Origin: Vicinamibacterales bacterium
Lineage (GTDB): Bacteria > Acidobacteriota > Vicinamibacteria > Vicinamibacterales > UBA2999
Assembly: GCA_050250645.1 (NCBI GenBank)
Contig: JBFWOG010000018.1
Location: 138 to 64,137 of the forward strand
Direction of reading: 5' to 3'
DNA length: 64,000 nucleotides
A model generated the notes under the pieces. That model searched no databases. It worked only from the letters and a program-made list of their open reading frames with translations, and was not told where the DNA came from. The stretch's first letter is position 1; each line of letters begins with the position of its first letter. Made by a program: the position numbers and the translations under genes. This document shows, piece by piece, positions 38,128-47,439 of the stretch.

Positions 38128-38562
38128 TCACCGCTGGTCGTAGGGCAGGCCGATGTAGGTCGGCTCGCTCTCGGGCCGCAGGATCATCTGGGTGTACTGG
38201 AAGACGAGCGCGTAGCGCCCGTCGGGGGTGCGGCCGGACGTCAACGGCTGCTGGAACCGCACGTGCCAGTCGTAGAGCTCCTGGAACACGGTCACGCCGA
38301 CATCGCAGTATTCCGGGAACTTGCCGTTGGCGCGGAGGAACTGCGCGAACTGGTCGCGCACACGCGGCACGGAGGCCGCAAAGCCGTCCGGCGTGGCCGC
38401 CTGGCGCAGCCGCCCGATCTCGGCCGCCATCGCGCTCGTGCTGGCGGCAATCCGGGCGACCTCCTGCGCGCTCACCTCCTGCGACGCCCAGGCCGCCCCC
38501 GGCGCCGCGGTCGCCGCCGCGCCGAACATCCCCCCGGTCACCACCTCTCGACGTGTCAGCAT
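38128..38562 (-). CDS. Hypothetical protein with a Tat-like signal (MLTRREVV)
   Basis: AGGAGG RBS before ATG 38562; globular C-terminal half; abuts DinB. Confidence 0.75.
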   Translation of the reverse strand: MLTRREVVTGGMFGAAATAAPGAAWASQEVSAQEVARIAASTSAMAAEIGRLRQAATPDGFAASVPRVRDQFAQFLRANGKFPEYCDVGVTVFQELYDWHVRFQQPLTSGRTPDGRYALVFQYTQMILRPESEPTYIGLPYDQR

Positions 38563-38683
38563 GCGGCCTCCTGTTGCCATCGGCGCGGGCGTCCCGTCAT
38601 CGTAGCCCGTCCGGCCGTGCGGGCACACACGGGATCCCCCGCCGCGCCCGGCGCGTCGAACCAGAGACGTAGCCGAACTGCCC

Positions 38684-39316
38684 ATGAGATCCACCGCCTC
38701 CCCCGGCGTCTCCCCCGCCCGCCTCCTGGCCGCCGGCGTCCTCGTCCTCGTGGTGCTTGCCGGCACCCGCTGGCTCTACGCGGGCCTGGCCGGCGTCGAT
38801 GAGTCGCCCGCGGCCCCCGGCTCCCTGTATGCACTGCCGGCGACGCCGCTCGGCAGCAGCACGACGGCCGGCCTCGGCCGCTACGACGGCCGGGTGTCGC
38901 TCGTCGTGAACATCGCGAGCGCGTGCGGGCTCGCGCCGCAGCTGACCGGCCTCGAGCGCCTCTACCAGCGGTACCGCGACCGCGGATTCGTCGTCCTGGC
39001 CTTCCCGAGCGACGACTTCTGGCAGGAGCCCCTCGACGCCACGGGCATCCGGGCGGCGTGCGCGACCCGGGGGGTCACCTTCCCCGTCTTCGACAAGGTC
39101 TCGGTTCGCCCCGGCCCGGCGCAGGCGCCCGCCTACGCCTTCCTCACCTCGACGGGCAACACGCCGCTCTGGAACTTCGCGAAGTACCTGGTCGGGCGCG
39201 ACGGCACGGTCCGGGCCTTCTTCGGCAGCCTCGTGGAGCCGGACGATCCGGCGCTCACCTCGGCGATCGAGGCCGCCCTGGCGGCGGCCGGCCCCGTTGC
39301 CGCCGGGCGCGAGTAG
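38684..39316 (+). CDS. Cys-type glutathione-peroxidase-family protein with an N-terminal membrane/signal segment
   Basis: VVNIASACG, LAFPSDDF.QEP, FPVFDK and WNFAKYLV motifs; the active-site codon is TGC. Confidence 0.88.
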   Translation: MRSTASPGVSPARLLAAGVLVLVVLAGTRWLYAGLAGVDESPAAPGSLYALPATPLGSSTTAGLGRYDGRVSLVVNIASACGLAPQLTGLERLYQRYRDRGFVVLAFPSDDFWQEPLDATGIRAACATRGVTFPVFDKVSVRPGPAQAPAYAFLTSTGNTPLWNFAKYLVGRDGTVRAFFGSLVEPDDPALTSAIEAALAAAGPVAAGRE

Positions 39317-39376
39317 CGCGTCCGGCATTGCACCCGGCGTATCCCCGCCCGCGGTCCTGCCGTATGATGGCCGGAC

Positions 39377-40186
39377 ATGCCACACGCCCCTGTCATCTGC
39401 GCCGTCGACCTCGAGCGCCTCTCGACCCGGGTGATCTACCACGCCGCCGGCCTGGCGGCGGCCCTCGGTGCGCCGCTCGTGCTCGTCGCGGCGGTGGGTG
39501 ACGGCGACTCGACGAGGGATGCCACCGCCGCCCTGCAGCGCGCCTTCGCCGAGGCGATCCCGTACGACGCGTCCGTGGCCGGGGAGCCGGAGGTGTCGGC
39601 GGCGCCAGGCGCCGCGGTTGACGTCGTCCTGGCCGAGGCGGCCGCGCGTGACGCGGCCCTCATCGTGGCGGGCACGCGCGCCCGGGGTGAGCTCGCCAGG
39701 CTGCTCCTCGGCTCGACCAGCGCCGACCTGCTCCAGCGGACGGACCGGCCGCTGCTGCTCGTGCCCCCGACCGACGTGGACATCGTGACGCTCGTCGGCA
39801 CCGGCGTCAGCCTGCACTTCGGGGCCGTGCTCGTGGCCGTCGACCTTGCCGAGAGCAACACGAACCAGCTCGACGCGGCAAGCCAGCTGGCCGCCCTGGC
39901 CCGCCAGCCCCTGCTGGCGATGACGGTGGCCGACAAGAGCGGCGCCTCCGATCACGACGTTGCCGCCGCGCTCCGGTCCGCGACCGCGAGGATGTCGCCG
40001 GTCGCCCCCTCGGCCTACATCGTGCGCCGCGGGGATCCCGCCCAGGAGATCGCCCGCGCGGCGCTCGCCGAGCAGGCGGGCCTGGTGGTGATGGGCCTGC
40101 GGCGCGAGGGCCGCGGCAGGCCCGGCGCGACCGCGACGGCGGTCCTGCAGTCGCACCGCGCCCTCGTCCTCGCGGTTCCGGGGTAG
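39377..40186 (+). CDS. Tandem universal stress protein (2x UspA)
   Basis: VICAVD..; LIVAGTRARG....LLGS.S..LL....PLLLVP; second half VLVAVD..LVVMG..VL....LVLAVP. Confidence 0.88.
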   Translation: MPHAPVICAVDLERLSTRVIYHAAGLAAALGAPLVLVAAVGDGDSTRDATAALQRAFAEAIPYDASVAGEPEVSAAPGAAVDVVLAEAAARDAALIVAGTRARGELARLLLGSTSADLLQRTDRPLLLVPPTDVDIVTLVGTGVSLHFGAVLVAVDLAESNTNQLDAASQLAALARQPLLAMTVADKSGASDHDVAAALRSATARMSPVAPSAYIVRRGDPAQEIARAALAEQAGLVVMGLRREGRGRPGATATAVLQSHRALVLAVPG

Positions 40187-40194
40187 GGACTGGG

Positions 40195-40239
40195 GGTTCC
40201 TCCGGTTCCTCGGGTTCCTCCGGTTCCTCGGGTTCCGCC
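40195..40239 (+). repeat. 9-bp array, GGTTCC subtype (5 units)
   Basis: GGTTCCTCC GGTTCCTCG GGTTCCTCC GGTTCCTCG GGTTCCGCC. Confidence 0.9.
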
Positions 40240-40272
40240 GCCCTTCGCCCCCGTGCGCTACCTGACCATCCT

Positions 40273-40306
40273 CGGACAGTCCCCGGACTGTCCCCTCTCT
40301 GTCCCC
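40273..40306. repeat. GGACWGTCCC palindrome pair (same family as 9448)
   Basis: CGGACAGTCCCC GGACTGTCCCC tctctGTCCCC. Confidence 0.75.
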
Positions 40307-40410
40307 GCCGGGGTCTGGCCGCGGCTCGGCGGCCGCCGAAGGAACCTCCGGGCCGGCAACGCTCGTCCTGATCCATGCGGGGCCTGCCAGCCTGTGCCGC
40401 CTTCATCCCC

Positions 40411-40809
40411 ATGCGCTACCTGATCGTCCTCCTCTGTCTTTCCGCCGCCTGCAGCGGGTCTCCGACGTCCCCCAGCCCGAGCCTGCCCGCGCTCGTCACC
40501 CTCGCGCCCGGCGCGAGCCAGCAGGTCGCGGGCACCGGCCTCACCCTGCGCTTCGATCGCGTCCAGTCGGACTCGCGGTGTCCGTCCGACGCCCTGTGCA
40601 TCCAGCAGGGCGACGCCGCGGTGGTCCTGTCGCTGTCGACCGCCGCGAGCACCGCCACCCACACCCTGCTCGTGAACGACCGGAGCCAGAGCGGCGCGAC
40701 GGGCGGCGCCTTCCTCGTCACGTTCGAGACCCTCGCGCCGTACCCGAGCTCGACCGCCCAGATCGACCCCGCGTCGTATCGCGCCACCTTCCGCGTCTCG
40801 CGCCCCTGA
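40411..40809 (+). CDS. Hypothetical lipoprotein
   Basis: MRYLIVLLCLSAA-C lipobox, Ser/Pro linker, beta-rich domain with DSRCP.D..CIQ.G (possible disulfide). Confidence 0.75.
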   Translation: MRYLIVLLCLSAACSGSPTSPSPSLPALVTLAPGASQQVAGTGLTLRFDRVQSDSRCPSDALCIQQGDAAVVLSLSTAASTATHTLLVNDRSQSGATGGAFLVTFETLAPYPSSTAQIDPASYRATFRVSRP

Positions 40810-40907
40810 GGCGGACGCCCGCGTCCCGGAACCGGGCAGTCGGGCCGGCGCCGCCGGCGCCGCCCGGCCAAACGCCCCGTAAAACGGCCCGCGTCGCGAG
40901 CCCGAAG

Positions 40908-40923
40908 TGGCACGGGGTTCGCC
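40908..40923 (+). promoter_or_regulatory. Candidate sigma54 -24/-12 promoter of the ADOP permease
   Basis: TGGCACGGGGTTCGC: TGGCACG at -24, GC at exact -12 spacing, 13 nt upstream of ATG 40936. Confidence 0.55.
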
Positions 40924-40935
40924 TCCCGCAACCGC

Positions 40936-43458
40936 ATGTCCAGCTTCGCCCACGACCTGCGCCACGCCTTCCGCACGCTGTCCCGCGCGCCCGGCTTCGC
41001 GCTCGTCGTCGTCCTCACCCTCGGCCTGGGCATCGGGGCGAACGCCGCGATCTTCTCGCTGACGGACCAGGTCCTCCTGCGCCTCCTCCCGGTCAGGGAT
41101 CCGGGCTCGCTCGTGCAGCTCGACGGCCCCGGCGCGTTCAGGGGCCGCACGATGAACGACCGCACGTTCTCGTACCCGACCTACGTGGACCTCAGGGACG
41201 CCAACGAGGTGTTCTCGGGACTCGTCGCCCGCGCGGCGGCCCCCGCGACGTTCGCCCTCCGCGGCCAGGCCGAGCGGGTCGACGCGGAGCTGGTCTCGGG
41301 CAACACGTTCGAGGTGCTCGGGGTCTCACCGATCCTCGGCCGGGCCCTGACGCCCGACGATGACCGGACGCCCGGGGCGCACCCGGTCGTCGTGCTGGGC
41401 TACGGGTTCTGGCAGCGGCGGTTCGCCGGCGACCCCGGCGTCCTCAACCAGGTGGTGACGATCAACCGGACGCCCATGACCGTCGTCGGCGTCGCGCCAC
41501 GCGGCTTCGCGGGCGTGCTCGGGACGGCGACGCCGGACCTCTTCGTCCCGATCATGATGAAGGCCCAGCTGACGCCGACGTGGGACGACCTCGACAACCG
41601 GACCAGCCGCTGGGTGTCGGTGGTGGGCCGGCTCAAGCCGGGGCTGACCGCGGCCCAGGCGAAGGCGTCGCTCGACGTCACGTACCAGCGGATCCTGGCG
41701 AACGAGCTCGAGACGGTGCCCGGCTTCGCGCAGGCGTCGGAGACCTTCCGTTCGCGCTACGCGGCGAAGACGCTGGTGCTGCACGAGGCCGGCCGCGGGC
41801 TCTCGGACCTGCGGGACGGGGTCGCGACGCCGCTCTTCGTGTTGATGGGCATGGTGGGGCTCGTGCTGCTCATCGCGTGCGCGAACGTCGCGAACCTCCT
41901 GCTGACGCGGGCCACGGCGCGGCAGCGGGAGATGGCCGTGCGGCTGGCGCTCGGCGCGAGCCGCGCGCGGCTGGTGCGGCAGGCGCTGGCCGAGAGCCTC
42001 GTGCTGGCCGCGGGCGGCGGCATCGCGGGCATCGTCGTCTCGACGTGGCTCGGCGACCTGCTCGTCGGCGTGCTGCCCTTCGAGGACGCCGTCGAGGCGA
42101 TCAGCACGGCGCCCGACGTGCGCGTCGCGCTCTTCACCGCGGGACTGTCGGTGCTGACCGCGCTCGCCTTCGGCATCATCCCGGCGCTCCAGGGGTCGCG
42201 GCTCGAGCTGAACCGCACGATGCGCGAGGAGGGCGGCTCGGTCTCTGGCGGCGGGACCCCGGCGCGGTTCCGCAAGGGACTCGTGGTGGCCCAGGTCGCG
42301 CTCTCGATGCTGCTGGTCGCCGGCGCGGGGCTGTTCGCGCGCAGCCTGCACAACCTGCGCGGCCTCGACACCGGGTTCGAGACCGCGGGCCTCGTCACCT
42401 TCAGCGTGGATCCGTCGTTGAACGGCTACGACCAGGACCGCCTGCGCCAGTTCTACGACCGGCTCCTCGGCGACCTGCGGGCCCTGCCGGGCGTGGCGTC
42501 GGCGTCGGCCGCGGCCGTCCCGATCCTCACTGGCGTGGCCGCCGCGCGGACCGTCCACGTCGCGGGCTACGACCGCAAGCCGGACGAGGACATGAACCCG
42601 TGGATCAACGACGTCGGCCCCGACTACTTCCGGACCCTGGGAACGGCGCTCGTCGCGGGACGGGAGTTCACGGAGACCGACCAGGCCGGCGGCCCGCCCG
42701 TCGCGATCGTCAACGACACCTTCGCCCGCTACTTCTTCGGCGACGAGAGTCCTGTCGGCCGGCGGTTCGGCTGGGGCCCCGAGGGCGACGCGACCGTGGA
42801 GATCGTCGGCCTGGTCCGCGACAGCCTGTATGCCGAGATGCGCCAGGGCAGCGGCGGGGAGGACAACCAGACGCCGCGGTTCATCTACACGCCCTTCAGC
42901 CAGGGTGAGGAGCTCGGCGAGATGACGGTGTACGTGCGCGCGCAGCCGGGCGCGCTCGCGGCGCTGCCGGCCAGGCTGCGCCAGACGGTCCGGCGCGCCG
43001 ACCCGTCGCTGCCCGTCGTCGGCATGCAGACCTTCGAGGAGACCATCGACCGGGCGCTGTTCACCGAGCGCATCCTCGCGCTGCTGTCGGCGGCCTTCGG
43101 CCTGCTCGCCACCCTGCTGGCCGCGGTGGGGCTCTACGGGGTCATGACCTACACGGTGTCGCGCCGCACGCGCGAGATCGGCATCCGCATCGCGCTCGGC
43201 GCCGAGCAGCATCGCGTGCTGTGGCTGGTCCTGCGGGAGGTCGCCCTGCTCACGGCCACGGGGATCGTCATCGGCATCCCCGCGGCGCTGGGGCTGAGCC
43301 GGCTCGTGTCGTCGCAGTTCTTCGGCGTGAGCGCCGGCGACCCGGCGACGCTCGCGGGGGCCGCGGCCGTCCTCGCCACCGTCGGCCTGGTCGCCGGCTA
43401 CATCCCCGCCAGGCGGGCGGCGCGGGTCGAGCCGGTCCTGGCGCTCCGGTACGAGTAG
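40936..43458 (+). CDS. ADOP-type duplicated ABC permease
   Basis: HDLRHAFRTLSRAPGF..LGLGIGANAAIFSL; ACANVANLLL; RTREIGIRIALGA; ends EPVLALRYE. Confidence 0.94.
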   Translation: MSSFAHDLRHAFRTLSRAPGFALVVVLTLGLGIGANAAIFSLTDQVLLRLLPVRDPGSLVQLDGPGAFRGRTMNDRTFSYPTYVDLRDANEVFSGLVARAAAPATFALRGQAERVDAELVSGNTFEVLGVSPILGRALTPDDDRTPGAHPVVVLGYGFWQRRFAGDPGVLNQVVTINRTPMTVVGVAPRGFAGVLGTATPDLFVPIMMKAQLTPTWDDLDNRTSRWVSVVGRLKPGLTAAQAKASLDVTYQRILANELETVPGFAQASETFRSRYAAKTLVLHEAGRGLSDLRDGVATPLFVLMGMVGLVLLIACANVANLLLTRATARQREMAVRLALGASRARLVRQALAESLVLAAGGGIAGIVVSTWLGDLLVGVLPFEDAVEAISTAPDVRVALFTAGLSVLTALAFGIIPALQGSRLELNRTMREEGGSVSGGGTPARFRKGLVVAQVALSMLLVAGAGLFARSLHNLRGLDTGFETAGLVTFSVDPSLNGYDQDRLRQFYDRLLGDLRALPGVASASAAAVPILTGVAAARTVHVAGYDRKPDEDMNPWINDVGPDYFRTLGTALVAGREFTETDQAGGPPVAIVNDTFARYFFGDESPVGRRFGWGPEGDATVEIVGLVRDSLYAEMRQGSGGEDNQTPRFIYTPFSQGEELGEMTVYVRAQPGALAALPARLRQTVRRADPSLPVVGMQTFEETIDRALFTERILALLSAAFGLLATLLAAVGLYGVMTYTVSRRTREIGIRIALGAEQHRVLWLVLREVALLTATGIVIGIPAALGLSRLVSSQFFGVSAGDPATLAGAAAVLATVGLVAGYIPARRAARVEPVLALRYE

Positions 43459-43535
43459 GGGGCGGCCGGGGCAGGCGGCCTGCCCTCCTTCCCGTGTTTC
43501 GCCAGCCGCGGGCGTTCTGTTGTACAACTGGCGCC

Positions 43536-46118
43536 ATGCCGACGCTCGTGTCCCTCGCGCTCGCCCTGCTGGCCGCCGCCGTGGCGCCGGCCGCCGCCCA
43601 GACCGCCACGCCCGGGCCCGGCATCCCTCTCGAGCTCGCCGACGCGCGGGCCGCGGTCGTCTCCGGGCTCCGCTACGAGGTCCGCCTCTCGATTCCGGCG
43701 GCGCGGCAGGCGCCCATCGACGGCGCGGTGACCATCCACCTCTCGCTCGGCGAGGCCGGCCGCCCGCTCGTGGTCGACTTCGCGACGGACCGCGACCACG
43801 TCCGGTCGGTCGCCGCGAACGGCTCGGCGACGGCGTTCACCTTCGTCAACGGCCACGTCGTGGTGCCGGCCGCGGCCCTGCGGGCCGGCGCCAACACGAT
43901 CGACATCGCCTTCACGGCCGGCGACCAGTCGCTCAACCGCAACGACGACTTCCTCTACGCGCTCTTCGTGCCGGCGCGGGCGCGCCTGGCCCTGCCGGTC
44001 TTCGACCAGCCGAACCTCAAGGCCCGCTGGGCCCTGACCCTCGAGGTGCCCGAGGCCTGGCAGGCGGTGGCCAACGGCGCGGAGCTCGAGCGGACGGCGG
44101 CCGACGGGCGCGCGACGGTCCGCTTCGCGGAGACCGAGCCGCTGCCGACCTATCTCTTCGCCTTCGTGGCCGGCGACTTCAAGGTGGAGACGGCCGAGCG
44201 CAACGGCCGGCGCTTCCGCATGTTCCACCGGGAGACGGACGCGGCCAAGGTGGCGCGCAACCGCGACGCCATCTTCGACCTCCACGCGCGGGCCCTCGCG
44301 TACATGGAGGACTACACCGGCATCCCGTACCCGTTCGGCAAGTTCGACTTCGTGCTGATCCCGGCGTTCCAGTTCGGCGGCATGGAGCACGCCGGCGAGA
44401 TCCTCTACAACGCGTCGAGCCTCATGCTCGACGAGTCGGCGACGCAGAACCAGCAGCTCGGCCGCGCGTCGGTCATCTCGCACGAGACCGCCCACATGTG
44501 GTTCGGCGACCTGGTGACCATGCGGTGGTTCACCGACGTCTGGATGAAGGAGGTCTTCGCCAACTTCATGGCGGCGAAGATCGTGAACCCGTCGTTCCCC
44601 GAGGTGAACCACCCGCTGCGCTTCCTGCTCGCGCACTACCCCGCCGCCTACGAGGTGGACCGCACGGCCGGGTCGAACCCGATCCGCCAGCCGCTCGACA
44701 ACCTCGACGAGGCCGGCAGCCTGTACGGCGCGATCATCTACCAGAAGGCGCCGGTCGTGATGCGGCACCTCGAGGGCCTCATGGGCGAGGCGACGTTCCG
44801 CGACGGGTTGCGGGAGTACCTCAAGGCCCACGCCTTCGGCAACGCGACGTGGACCGACCTCATCCGCGTCCTCGACACCCGCACCGACACCGACCTCTCG
44901 GCCTGGAGCCACGTGTGGGTCGAGGAACCCGGCCGGCCGGCGGTCCGCACCGAGCTGGCGTTGGCCGACGGCCGCATCACGCGGCTCGCCTTCCACCAGC
45001 GCGACCCCTGGGGCCGCCCGCTCCTCTGGCCGCAGCGCCTGCGCGTCACGCTGGGCTACGCGGATCGCGCCGAGACGCTCGACGTCGCGATCGACGGCGC
45101 CGACGCGGTCGCCACGGCGGCGGCCGGGCGGCCGGCGCCCCTCTACGTCCTGCCGAACGGCGAGGGCTGGGGGTACGGCGAGTTCGACCTCGACCCCGCG
45201 TCGCTCGCCTGGCTCTCCCGGTCGCTGCCCGACATCGCCGACCCGCTCACGCGCGGCAGCGCCTGGGTCACCCTCTGGGACGCCCTCCTCGACGGGCAGA
45301 CGACGCCCGCCACGTTCATGGACCTCGCGCTCACCGCGCTCCCCCGCGAGTCCGACGAGCAGATCACCTCGCGCGTGCTCGGCTATCTCGGGACGACGTG
45401 GTGGACGTTCCTGTCACCGGCCGACCGGGCCGCGCGGGCGGGCACGGTCGAGCGCGTGCTGCGCGACGGCCTGGCGGCCGCGTCCACGTCGAGCCAGAAG
45501 GCGGCGTGGTTCGGCCGGTTGCGCGACGTGGCGACGACGCCGGCGACCGTCCGCTGGCTGCGCGCCGTGTGGGAACAGGCCGAGCCGGTGCCCGGGCTGA
45601 CGCTGGCCGAGAGCGACTACACGGCGCTCGCCCTCGAGCTCGCGGTGCGCGAGGTGGACGACTGGAAGGGCGTGCTCGACCGCCAGCTCGCCCGCATCGA
45701 GAACCCCGACCGCAAGGCGCGCTTCGCGTTCGTCATGCCCGCCCTCTCGGCGGACCCCGCGGAGCGCGACCGCTGGTTCGCCTCGCTGGCCGACGCCGCG
45801 AACCGGCGCCGCGAGCCCTGGGTGCTCGAGGGACTGAGCTACCTCCACCACCCGCTGCGCGCCGGCGCGTCGGCGAAGTACGTCGGGCCCAGCCTCGCGA
45901 TGCTGCGGGAGATCCAGCAGACCGGCGACATCTTCTTCCCGACCCGCTGGGTGGCGACGACGCTCGGCGGGTACCAGTCGCGGGCGGTGGCCGAGGAGGT
46001 GCTCCGGTTCGTCAACACGCTGCCGCCGGGCTACCCCGAGCGGCTGCGCAACATCACGCTCCAGGCGGCGGACCTGCTCTTCCGCGCCACCGGCGTCCCG
46101 TCACCGCCGCTCCGGTAG
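43536..46118 (+). CDS. Secreted M1-family zinc aminopeptidase with an ERAP1-like C-terminal domain
   Basis: Signal peptide; FGGMEH (GAMEN-like), HETAHMWFGDLVT..W..E (HEXXH-x18-E), IIYQKA. Confidence 0.93.
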   Translation: MPTLVSLALALLAAAVAPAAAQTATPGPGIPLELADARAAVVSGLRYEVRLSIPAARQAPIDGAVTIHLSLGEAGRPLVVDFATDRDHVRSVAANGSATAFTFVNGHVVVPAAALRAGANTIDIAFTAGDQSLNRNDDFLYALFVPARARLALPVFDQPNLKARWALTLEVPEAWQAVANGAELERTAADGRATVRFAETEPLPTYLFAFVAGDFKVETAERNGRRFRMFHRETDAAKVARNRDAIFDLHARALAYMEDYTGIPYPFGKFDFVLIPAFQFGGMEHAGEILYNASSLMLDESATQNQQLGRASVISHETAHMWFGDLVTMRWFTDVWMKEVFANFMAAKIVNPSFPEVNHPLRFLLAHYPAAYEVDRTAGSNPIRQPLDNLDEAGSLYGAIIYQKAPVVMRHLEGLMGEATFRDGLREYLKAHAFGNATWTDLIRVLDTRTDTDLSAWSHVWVEEPGRPAVRTELALADGRITRLAFHQRDPWGRPLLWPQRLRVTLGYADRAETLDVAIDGADAVATAAAGRPAPLYVLPNGEGWGYGEFDLDPASLAWLSRSLPDIADPLTRGSAWVTLWDALLDGQTTPATFMDLALTALPRESDEQITSRVLGYLGTTWWTFLSPADRAARAGTVERVLRDGLAAASTSSQKAAWFGRLRDVATTPATVRWLRAVWEQAEPVPGLTLAESDYTALALELAVREVDDWKGVLDRQLARIENPDRKARFAFVMPALSADPAERDRWFASLADAANRRREPWVLEGLSYLHHPLRAGASAKYVGPSLAMLREIQQTGDIFFPTRWVATTLGGYQSRAVAEEVLRFVNTLPPGYPERLRNITLQAADLLFRATGVPSPPLR

Positions 46119-46207
46119 GAATCGCGGACAGGGGTCAGCCCCCGGGTCCGCGACAGCATCGAACGAGGGGGGGCGCCCTCCCCTTCCGCACCTGGGAGTC
46201 CTTGCTC

Positions 46208-47419
46208 ATGCCCCGTCACCTGCGCCTCGGCGCCGTCGCCTTCCTCGTCCTCCTCGCCGCCGTGGCCCCGCGCGCCCAGTCGGATCGGATCGTCATCCAC
46301 GCCGCGCGGGTCATCGACGGCCGCGGGCAGTCGATCCCCGCGGGGATGGTCGTCGTCTCGGGCTCGACGATCGAGCAGGTGGCCCCGGCCACGGGCGCGG
46401 CGACCTACGACCTCCGGGGGCTCACGCTCCTGCCCGGCTTCATCGACACCCACGTGCACATCGGGTGGCACTTCAACGCCGAGGGCCGCTTCGACAACCG
46501 GGGCGAGGGCCCGGCCGAGGCGGCGCTCTACGGGGCCGAGAACGCGTGGACGACCCTGCAGGCGGGCTTCACCACGGTGCAGTCGGTGGGCGCGGCCAGC
46601 GACGGTCCGCTCCGCGACGCCATCGCGCGGGGCGGCGTGCCCGGACCGCGCCTCCGGACCTCGCTCGGCCAGATCAGCAACGTCGCGCTGACGCCGGAGG
46701 CGATCCGGGCCGAGGTGCGGAAGAAGAAGGAGGCCGGCGCCGACCTCGTGAAGATCTTCGCGTCGGCGAGCATCCGCGACGGCGGGACGCCGACGCTGTC
46801 GCAGGCGCAGCTCGACGCGGCGTGCGGCGAGGCGCGGGCCCAGGGCCTGCCGTCGATGGTGCACGCGCACAGCGCGGAGGCCATGCGCCGGGCGGTGATG
46901 GCGGGCTGCACCGTCGTCGAGCACGGCATCTTCGCCGACCAGGCCGTGCTGACGCTCATGGCGGACCGGGGCGTGTGGTTCGACCCGAACATCGGCCTGG
47001 TGCTGCAGAACTACCTCCTGAACAAGGCCCGCTTCCTCGGCATCGGGAACTACACCGAGGAGGGCTTTGCCGCCATGGAGCGGGCCCTGCCGCTCAACCG
47101 CGCGATGTTCAAGATGGCCCTCGCCACACCCGGCCTCAAGCTGGTGATGGGCACCGACGCGGTCGCCGGCGGCCACGGCCGCAACGTGGAGGAGACGCTC
47201 GAGCGGATCCGGCAGGGCCAGCCCGCGATGGACGCGATCGTGGCCATGACCTCGGAGGCCGCGCGCTCCATGGGGCTCGACAAGGTGATCGGGTCGCTCG
47301 CGCCCGGCTTCCAGGCCGACATGGTGGCCGTCGAGGGGAACCCGCTCGAGGACCCGTCGGCGCTCCAGCGGGTGCGGTTCGTCATGAAGGGCGGGGTCGT
47401 GTACCGCAACCAGCGGTAG
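46208..47419 (+). CDS. Secreted amidohydrolase_1 family protein
   Basis: Signal peptide; PGFIDTHVH, DLVKIF, HAHS, VEHG, GTDAV and GFQADMVAV.GNPL motifs. Confidence 0.9.
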   Translation: MPRHLRLGAVAFLVLLAAVAPRAQSDRIVIHAARVIDGRGQSIPAGMVVVSGSTIEQVAPATGAATYDLRGLTLLPGFIDTHVHIGWHFNAEGRFDNRGEGPAEAALYGAENAWTTLQAGFTTVQSVGAASDGPLRDAIARGGVPGPRLRTSLGQISNVALTPEAIRAEVRKKKEAGADLVKIFASASIRDGGTPTLSQAQLDAACGEARAQGLPSMVHAHSAEAMRRAVMAGCTVVEHGIFADQAVLTLMADRGVWFDPNIGLVLQNYLLNKARFLGIGNYTEEGFAAMERALPLNRAMFKMALATPGLKLVMGTDAVAGGHGRNVEETLERIRQGQPAMDAIVAMTSEAARSMGLDKVIGSLAPGFQADMVAVEGNPLEDPSALQRVRFVMKGGVVYRNQR

Positions 47420-47439
47420 GCGGCGCGCGTCTTCCACCC

